64,000 bases of DNA from an uncultured Verrucomicrobiae bacterium (GTDB lineage: Bacteria; Verrucomicrobiota; Verrucomicrobiia; Opitutales; JABDGR01), in contig CAVXVB010000005.1 in NCBI GenBank assembly GCA_963765205.1, forward strand, positions 1-64,000, written 5' to 3'. Positions 57,290-64,000 of this stretch are shown here, piece after piece; the stretch's first letter is position 1; each line of letters opens with the position of its first letter. The notes beneath the pieces were generated by a model, which worked only from the letters and a program-made list of their open reading frames with translations, was not told where the DNA came from and did not search any database. The position numbers were made by a program, and so were the translations under genes.

Positions 57290-58411
57290 CTAATGCGCCT
57301 CGCCCAGGTGTTTCAATTCGCGGTTCATCGCCGTCTTCAATTCGGTCTCGGTCGGCAAATGCAATTGGTAACGGCTCGTGAAAATCTTATTCTTCTGCTC
57401 GGGGCCAAGGGTGTATTTAACGACCGCATCGTTCTTGTCCGTGCACAGCACCAGCCCGAGGGTTGGGTTGTCGCCTGCCGTGCGAACCTCGCGGTCGAAG
57501 TAGTTTACATAAAGCTGGAGCTGGCCCAGATTTTCATGGGTGAGCTTTGCCACTTTCAAGTCCACCACCACATAGCACTTCAAAATTGTATGGTAGAAAA
57601 CGAGGTCAATATAGAAGTGGTCGCCATCGAGAGTGATGCGCTTCTGACGGGCAACAAAGGCAAATCCTTTGCCAAGTTCCAAAAGGAACGTTTGAAGGTT
57701 ATTGATGAGCGCCGTTTCAAGGTTGGCCTCAACGAGGCGCGGCGATTCCGGCAAGCCGAGGAATTCAATTACCATCGGGTCTTTGAAGAGATCCGCTGGC
57801 TGTTGGATTTCCTGGCCCTTAGTAGCGAGTTCAAGCACCCCGGCCTTGTCCTTGCTCTTTGACACCCGCTCAAACAGCAAACTGGCTATCTGTCGCTCAA
57901 GTTCACGGGCTGACCATGCGTTGGTCACGGCTTCTATTTCGTAGAAATTCCGTGTATTCACCGATTCGACCCGGAGTAACACCCGATATAGCGACCAAGA
58001 CAAAGAGGGGTGCCATTGGCCGGGTCGCCAAGATTGGTTACACACTGTGTAACCGATCTCAGTTTCGGTCGTTGCGGGCAGAGCATGGGCCGATTGGTTA
58101 CACAGTGTGTGACCAATCTGGCCTAACTGGAAACGCGGGTAATTGAGGTAGAATTGGCGGAAGAGTTTCAAATTGGTCGTGCTATAGCCTTGCGCAAACT
58201 CCTTCTGGAGCCGGACGGACAAGTCGGCTATGACTTTGTCGCCGTAGTTCGTTCCGTGAGCGCCCTTTTGCTCTTCCTCGACGATTTGTTGACCGATGAG
58301 CCAATTGGCCGCCACTTGGGCGGAATTGACCGACCGGGCAACCCCGGCCTGTGCTGATGCCAGGATGCGCCGGACTCGTTCAAAGATGGGGGAATGCTTG
58401 GTAGTGTTCAT
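57290..58411 (-). CDS. YhcG/DUF1016 PDDEXK nuclease family
   Basis: NWLIGQQIVEEEQ, KDPMVIEFL, FLLELGKGFAFVARQ, IDLVFYH, GQLQLYVNYFD. Confidence 0.92.
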   Translation of the reverse strand: MNTTKHSPIFERVRRILASAQAGVARSVNSAQVAANWLIGQQIVEEEQKGAHGTNYGDKVIADLSVRLQKEFAQGYSTTNLKLFRQFYLNYPRFQLGQIGHTLCNQSAHALPATTETEIGYTVCNQSWRPGQWHPSLSWSLYRVLLRVESVNTRNFYEIEAVTNAWSARELERQIASLLFERVSKSKDKAGVLELATKGQEIQQPADLFKDPMVIEFLGLPESPRLVEANLETALINNLQTFLLELGKGFAFVARQKRITLDGDHFYIDLVFYHTILKCYVVVDLKVAKLTHENLGQLQLYVNYFDREVRTAGDNPTLGLVLCTDKNDAVVKYTLGPEQKNKIFTSRYQLHLPTETELKTAMNRELKHLGEAH

Positions 58412-58503
58412 GGGAATTCAGGTGTTACAAGGCGCAAGTGCGCCCATACCCTGCTCTCCCCGTCAACTGGACCGGATTTCCATAGTCGGCCAATTGGCCG
58501 GAC

Positions 58504-58959
58504 TCATCCGATAAGTCCGGCGTCGCGGAAGCTATAAAAGCCCCTCCCTGAGGGGTCGTCGTCCTGGTGGCCGATGACGATATGGTCTAACAACTCGATA
58601 CCGATAATCTTGGATGCTTCATTCAATTGTCGCGTCACCTCCAAGTCGGCAGAACTTGGCGAAGGGTCGCCACTAGGATGATTGTGAACACACACTATGG
58701 CGGCGGCTGACGCCAATATCGCGATTCGGAATACCTCCCGAGGATGCGCCAGCGTTGAGGTAGCCGTTCCCAGCGTCACGCGGTTTCGGCAAATTGGCCG
58801 ATGCTTCCGATTAAGGCATACCACGTAAAAGCTCTCCTGCAAGGGAGCATCGTCGAAAGCTCCCCTCATGTATTCGACAATTCCCGGTGGGGTGTTGGTC
58901 ATCTCCTGATGACTGGTTCTTACCACCGTGTATTGAATGCTTGCTTCATAAACTTGCAT
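58504..58959 (-). CDS. RadC-like JAB domain protein
   Basis: HPREVF, HNHPSGDPSPS..D, LLDHIVIG. Confidence 0.92.
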   Translation of the reverse strand: MQVYEASIQYTVVRTSHQEMTNTPPGIVEYMRGAFDDAPLQESFYVVCLNRKHRPICRNRVTLGTATSTLAHPREVFRIAILASAAAIVCVHNHPSGDPSPSSADLEVTRQLNEASKIIGIELLDHIVIGHQDDDPSGRGFYSFRDAGLIG

Positions 58960-59217
58960 AGTTGGTGCGAAATCGCGCCAGTTCCGGTTCCGGCAACGTG
59001 CCGGGTTATCCAGTCAGCCCGATCTCGCCTCCATGGTCACGCCAAGGCAAAGCGCGCCCGGCCAAGTGGCCGGGCGCGCGTGGTGGAGGCGACGAAGGAG
59101 CACTACCTTGCCTGGCGTGATAAAATGGGGCGACAGAGGGCAGGCCCAGGCGGTTCAATTCAGTTGGCTAACTTTGCTCTCGCCTCGGATAGGCACCGTT
59201 AACGTGCCCACTGGACA

Positions 59218-59613
59218 TTAACTGTGTAGGGCCAGTTCTTTTTGGGCGGGGCTAAGCCATCTTACAAAGCGCTCAAATACCTCCCGTTGGTTATCGTTGA
59301 TTAGCGAGTCTCGTCCTCTGACTCCGTCCGCCACTTTTCTTTCCAAAGCCAATTTACCGGTATCCAAGGCTTCCTCGCGGGTCGCATAACTTTCATATTT
59401 CCCGGTTAACGGGCCGCCGTGGCCGGCGTAATTCCCGGTGTGGTAGGCATGTTCAGTTGCCATAATCCATCGTCCATTTTGGAGCCGGGTCACATGGATT
59501 TCTGCGGACAGGTATTTGTCTTTAAACGAAAGCACCTCGACCTGTTCGCGGTCAACGAATTCGTCACATGATTGCAGCAAATGCTGAGTATCTTCATTGG
59601 TGGATTGGTTCAT
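59218..59613 (-). CDS. Hypothetical protein
   Basis: 131-aa ATG ORF. Confidence 0.55.
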   Translation of the reverse strand: MNQSTNEDTQHLLQSCDEFVDREQVEVLSFKDKYLSAEIHVTRLQNGRWIMATEHAYHTGNYAGHGGPLTGKYESYATREEALDTGKLALERKVADGVRGRDSLINDNQREVFERFVRWLSPAQKELALHS

Positions 59614-60326
59614 GGGATCATGCGCCCGTGCGAACCCCGTCCGGGCTTCCTTGCCCGGTTATCAAGGCGCACTCCGCGCGCTGAACCGCGCAGTCACGCC
59701 TCGCCACCGACAAGGCCGCCGAGCGAGGAGCCTTGTTGCTCCTCGCGAGGGGGAAGGACGAAGGAGGGAATGGAGGAGCGCAGCGCAGCGAGAACTCCAT
59801 GGCGGGCGTGACAAAATGGGGCAGCGAGCGGAGGCGGGGCATTCTATTCAATTCATCTTTTCGTGGATGTCGCCCGATGTCGGTTTTGGTCTGTGTCCAT
59901 ATCGCATCAATTTGCGCCATTTTGCCAGGCTCAACGGGAGTCTCGGGCTGCGAGGCGCGGAGCCGGGCCGGAAGCCATAAGCTGCCGCCAAGTGGCGGCG
60001 AGCGGTGGCGGACGGCGGCGGAAGTGACTCGCGCCCGGGTCTCCCGGTCAGTGCCAGATTCATTCCGTCTGCTTCACGAGGGCGCGCCGATTAAGCGAAG
60101 CGCGGCGCGTTGTCGTGAGCGTCGGAATGGACGCAACTGCGAATGGCCGCCAAGTCCACTTTGAGCAGGCGATACCCTGCCCGGTTGACGGCGTTCCTTG
60201 GGTAACGGCGGGCGTCACTTACGCAACCTGAAACCTTACGCGAAGCGTTAAGGAGTAGGGCGTCCCCCTGAAAGAAAACGCGACTGCGCTTTCGTAACTA
60301 AACACTGCAAGTCAGACTTTATTGCC

Positions 60327-63098
60327 ATGTTAAGTCCCAAAGCACAGCTAAATCTAAAGAGCGCTAAAGAATACTTTCGCGAACATCTGGACGTGGGTGA
60401 CTACTATGCCGAGGGTCAAAAGGTGAAAGGCGAATGGTTCGGGATTGGGGCTGAAAAGCTGGGTCTGAAAGGAGTCGTCAAGGAAGCTGAATTTATAGCC
60501 TTGTGCGATGGATTGCACCCGCAGACAGGTGAGCAATTGACGGTACGGAAGAATACGAATCGGCGTAACGCTGATGGCCGGACAATGGCGAATCGGCGGG
60601 TATTCTATGACTTCACGATTAGTCCGCCAAAGTCGGTGTCGGTGGTCGCACTTTTGCAAGATGACCGGATTGTGGGGCTGCATAATGAGGCGGTGAAAAT
60701 GGCGATGTTGGAACTGGAAAAGTTCGGCGCAACGAGAGTGCGGAAGGCCGGACAGCGTTGCGATAGAGCGACCGGGAATGTGGTGGTGGCGGCGTTCCGG
60801 CATGACACCAGCCGCGAACTTGATCCGCACTTGCATACCCATTGCGTGGTGCTAAACGCCACCTTTGACCAGGTGGAAAATCGTTGGAAGGCATTGGAAG
60901 TATCGGGAATGTATCGGGCGCAAAAGTTGGCCGAAAACCTCTATTACCATGAACTCGCCAAGGGCCTGCGGGCGCTCGGCTATGAAATCGAATCCAACGC
61001 TCGTGACTTTGAAATCAAGAATGTTCTGGCCAACGTCATTACGACGTTTTCCAAGCGGAATCAGCAAATAAGCGAAGAAACCCGAAAGCGGGTAGAAGCC
61101 GAAGGGCTGAGGGGTAACGTCAAGGAGGTCAGAGAACAGGTAGCTCGGGACGAGAGAAGGCGGAAGATCAAGGATTCGACGGCCAGCAATTTGCGTCCAA
61201 TGTGGGGAAAGCAACTGACGAAATCCGATCAAGCCTCTTTGGATGCCTTGCGGATGGTCTCGCCGCGACCCTTGGAAAGAACCGATTTGAACAATGTTGT
61301 TGCCTGGGCGGATGAACACCTTTTTGAGCGGCGCTCGGTCGTGAATGACTATGAATTGATGGCTACGGCGTTGGCGCATGGACGCGGACAAGATTTTGAT
61401 TTGGCCTCATTACGGTCGGCCATTGAAGGTCGTGGCTATGTCCGCGAAGCGGGCACACATAAGCTCACGTCTCGCGACATGCTACGCTGCGAATATGGTA
61501 TCGTGGTAGCCGCTCGCGATGGGCGCGGCATGGAAATGGCGCTAAATCCAAGTTACCCTCCGGCTTCCGCATTGTCGCGGGAACAAGCGACGGCGGTGAA
61601 AAGGATTCTCAATAGTCGGGATTTTATCACTTTGTTTCGGGGCAGCGCGGGCACTGGCAAAAGCTTTACCTTGCGTGAGGTGACACAGGGAATTCAGGCC
61701 GCTGGTCTGCCCGTGGTCGTATTGGCCCCGCAACGTCAGCAAGTGGCCGATTTGTGCGCCGATGGCCTTGCTGCGGACACTCTCGCACATTGCCTGCTTA
61801 CGAAAACATTGCCACGTCGCGCCGTGGTGCTCGTGGATGAGGCGGGTCAGATTGGAGGAAAGCAAATGAATTTGCTGATTACCTTGGTGAAGGCTCACAA
61901 TGGCCGTTTAATTCTGTCCGGTGACACGCGGCAGCATGGCGCGGTTCAAGCTTCGGATGGGTTGCGAGCCATCGAGAAATTCAGTGGATTAAGGGCGGCG
62001 GTGCTGCGGGATATTCGGCGGCAAAATCCGGCACTGGCAAAATCGGCCAGGGAACGAGCCTTCGTGACTGGATACCGACAGGCGGTTAAGGCGGCTGCGT
62101 CCGGGTTCGTCGGTGAATCTTTCGACCGCCTTGATGGGCTGGGCTGCATAGTCGAAACGACGCCGGACGAGCGCCGTGAGATGCTGGCGCGGGAATACCT
62201 CGCCAGCCTTGACCGCAAGGAACGTACTTTAGTTGTGGCGCAAACGTGGACTGAGGTAAACGCGGTGAACGAGGCCATCCGTGAACAAATGAGGATGAGC
62301 GAAAAATTGAGCGGCGGCACGACACTCACCGCCTATCAGGCGGTGGATGCCACTGAGGCGCAGAAGCGCGAGGCCAGTTTCTACCAGGTCGGTCAACACG
62401 CTTATTTCTTTCGACGGTATGGGCGTTTTACCAAGGGTGATCTCTGTCTCGTTGCCGGCGCAAATGAACATGGCGTTGTGCTAATCAAGAATGGGCGGCG
62501 GTCAACCGTGAGCTATCGTTACGCCAATAGATTTTCGATAACCACTGAAAGGGAATTGGAGGTGGCCTTGGGTGATCGCCTGCAATTGAAGTTTAATGGC
62601 GAGTCGAAAGAAGGACAGGTGATAAACAACGGCGAACTGGTGACCGTCCGCCGTGTGCGCAAGAACGGCTCGCTAGTGGTCGAGGACGATGTCGGGATGC
62701 GGAAAACGCTCTCCCCCGCCCAAAGAATGTTCAACCGTGGATATGCGGTCACCTCCTACGCCTCACAAGGCAAGACGGTTGACACGGTACTGATTTCCGA
62801 TGCGGGCTCCCGCATGGCAACGAACCGCAACCAATGGTATGTCGCCATCTCGCGTGGGCGAAAACGGGTGATGGTTTTCACGGATAACAAGGCGGATTTG
62901 CGAGCCAACATCGAGCAAAGTGGCGACCGGAGCCTTGCCTTGGAAATGAAACTCCCCGTTGGGCTGTCGGTTGCCAAAGAAGTGCGCGCGTGGCTCCCGG
63001 AGTTATCGCAACAGGCCATGTGTGACCAAGCCCAGCGGCATGAGGCCATCATGCAGTTGACTAATCAATCTACGGTGCATCCAAAAATTTCTATATGA
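60327..63098 (+). CDS. MobF (TrwC/TraI-like) relaxase-helicase
   Basis: GDYY, DFTISPPKSVS, HDTSRELDPHLHTH, GSAGTGKS, VDEAG, YAVTSYASQGKT. Confidence 0.95.
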   Translation: MLSPKAQLNLKSAKEYFREHLDVGDYYAEGQKVKGEWFGIGAEKLGLKGVVKEAEFIALCDGLHPQTGEQLTVRKNTNRRNADGRTMANRRVFYDFTISPPKSVSVVALLQDDRIVGLHNEAVKMAMLELEKFGATRVRKAGQRCDRATGNVVVAAFRHDTSRELDPHLHTHCVVLNATFDQVENRWKALEVSGMYRAQKLAENLYYHELAKGLRALGYEIESNARDFEIKNVLANVITTFSKRNQQISEETRKRVEAEGLRGNVKEVREQVARDERRRKIKDSTASNLRPMWGKQLTKSDQASLDALRMVSPRPLERTDLNNVVAWADEHLFERRSVVNDYELMATALAHGRGQDFDLASLRSAIEGRGYVREAGTHKLTSRDMLRCEYGIVVAARDGRGMEMALNPSYPPASALSREQATAVKRILNSRDFITLFRGSAGTGKSFTLREVTQGIQAAGLPVVVLAPQRQQVADLCADGLAADTLAHCLLTKTLPRRAVVLVDEAGQIGGKQMNLLITLVKAHNGRLILSGDTRQHGAVQASDGLRAIEKFSGLRAAVLRDIRRQNPALAKSARERAFVTGYRQAVKAAASGFVGESFDRLDGLGCIVETTPDERREMLAREYLASLDRKERTLVVAQTWTEVNAVNEAIREQMRMSEKLSGGTTLTAYQAVDATEAQKREASFYQVGQHAYFFRRYGRFTKGDLCLVAGANEHGVVLIKNGRRSTVSYRYANRFSITTERELEVALGDRLQLKFNGESKEGQVINNGELVTVRRVRKNGSLVVEDDVGMRKTLSPAQRMFNRGYAVTSYASQGKTVDTVLISDAGSRMATNRNQWYVAISRGRKRVMVFTDNKADLRANIEQSGDRSLALEMKLPVGLSVAKEVRAWLPELSQQAMCDQAQRHEAIMQLTNQSTVHPKISI

Positions 63099-63490
63099 CC
63101 ACTTTGAAGGAAGAACTTCAAAAGCGGCGATTGGCGGAACCGCAAGTCGTCCGTTCCTACGAGTTGGCGAAAGAGCCGGTTCGTTCGCTGCAAATCCATT
63201 CGTGGAACGGCGAAAAGCTGGTGCTGCCGTGGTCGCAGTTTCATTCTGCCGCCCACCGGGCCGCGAATGACGGTGAGCAGTTGGTGCTCGGATTCTCCAA
63301 GCATGAGGTTGTATTACAAGGCGGGCGTTTGGCGATCCTGTTGCCAAAGATTGCCAGTTTCCATCTTGCTTGCGTTTGGGGTGAGTCGGCGGAATTCCAA
63401 AATGAATCGGACCTAAAAGAAGCATTTATCAGCCGGGTCGCGGTGCGCTGTCTGACGAATTTGACCGGGCGAGGCCCGGAAACGTTCTGA
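63095..63490 (+). CDS. Hypothetical protein coupled to the relaxase
   Basis: ATGA overlap with the relaxase stop. Confidence 0.6.
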   Translation: MTTLKEELQKRRLAEPQVVRSYELAKEPVRSLQIHSWNGEKLVLPWSQFHSAAHRAANDGEQLVLGFSKHEVVLQGGRLAILLPKIASFHLACVWGESAEFQNESDLKEAFISRVAVRCLTNLTGRGPETF

Positions 63491-63584
63491 AAAATTCCGG
63501 GATTGTCCAAGTAAATGCGGCTGGGGACGGGTAGATTGGGGATGGCTCCGTTACCCCGATGGTGACGGTTCGCCGTCCGTCGCC

Positions 63585-64000
63585 ATGTCGGCCAATTTCT
63601 TTCTTTCCGTTGGGAGCGCCTTTATCGCCATGGCATTATGGGCGCAGACAGGAATCAGCCGCACGGTTCCCTTGGCTTTTGGGCTGCTTTCCATTTGGCA
63701 GTTGCGCTGCGCCATGGAACGCCGTGTGGAGTCCTCCATCATTCTTCGGTTGGGCGGATTCGCCTGGGACGTGCACAGTTTTTGCCGGGGCTGGCTCATT
63801 ACCGGGCAAGTGGGCACGGGTAAGACGGCTGGGGCCATAAACACGATGCTTTGGCAGGTATCGAAAAATTGCCCCACTTGGGGCGGCGTTTGTGTGGATG
63901 ACAAGGGGCTGTATTGGGAAGCCCTGTCGGCGATGCTCAAACATCAGGGCCGCGCCGCTGATCTCATCCTATTGCAAGTGCGCCCAGAAAACGCCGGGGC
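63585..64000 (+). CDS. Type IV coupling protein (TraG/TraD/VirD4-like), partial
   Basis: Manual translation MSANFFLSVG... with N-terminal TM, GWLITGQVGTGKT Walker A and VDDKG; open at window end. Confidence 0.75.
   Translation, partial: MSANFFLSVGSAFIAMALWAQTGISRTVPLAFGLLSIWQLRCAMERRVESSIILRLGGFAWDVHSFCRGWLITGQVGTGKTAGAINTMLWQVSKNCPTWGGVCVDDKGLYWEALSAMLKHQGRAADLILLQVRPENAG

Larger units (their letters stand above)
53754..64000. mobile_element. Element 3: integrative mobilizable/conjugative element (continues beyond window)
   Basis: att, integrase, xis-like gene, RadC, MobF relaxase, coupling protein. Confidence 0.85.

Overview
Mostly a Verrucomicrobiota (Opitutae-like) chromosomal region; the taxon is inferred from gene style. 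Bases 1-3698 are heavily frameshifted acyl-CoA/GMC genes joined abruptly to a truncated pgi, probably a read or assembly chimera. Next come pgi, IS1595, a proteasome-beta-like gene, IS5, lemA-htpX and tRNA-Val(CAC) at 12472-12548. The tRNA 3' end recurs at 44253 and 53728, delimiting three tandem integrated elements. (1) An integrase-less ~31.7 kb carbon/energy island (gnd, zwf, ADHs, cydAB, pgm, glgP, glgX, xfp, fba, H+-ATPase, ppk2) with a shared 19-bp upstream motif. (2) A minimal ~3.4 kb rolling-circle integrative element whose integrase is split by the att site. (3) A MobF-relaxase integrative mobilizable/conjugative element that runs off the window. The most striking signal lies inside element 2. 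An IS91-family HUH (Y2) transposase is followed by five identical 53-bp oriIS-like repeats separated by unrelated DNA of 0, 945, 117 and 2725 bp. One spacer is an exact copy of part of the neighbouring Rep gene; another ends in a truncated housekeeping gene. This looks like a rolling-circle-transposase-built DNA capture array that may record past insertion sites.
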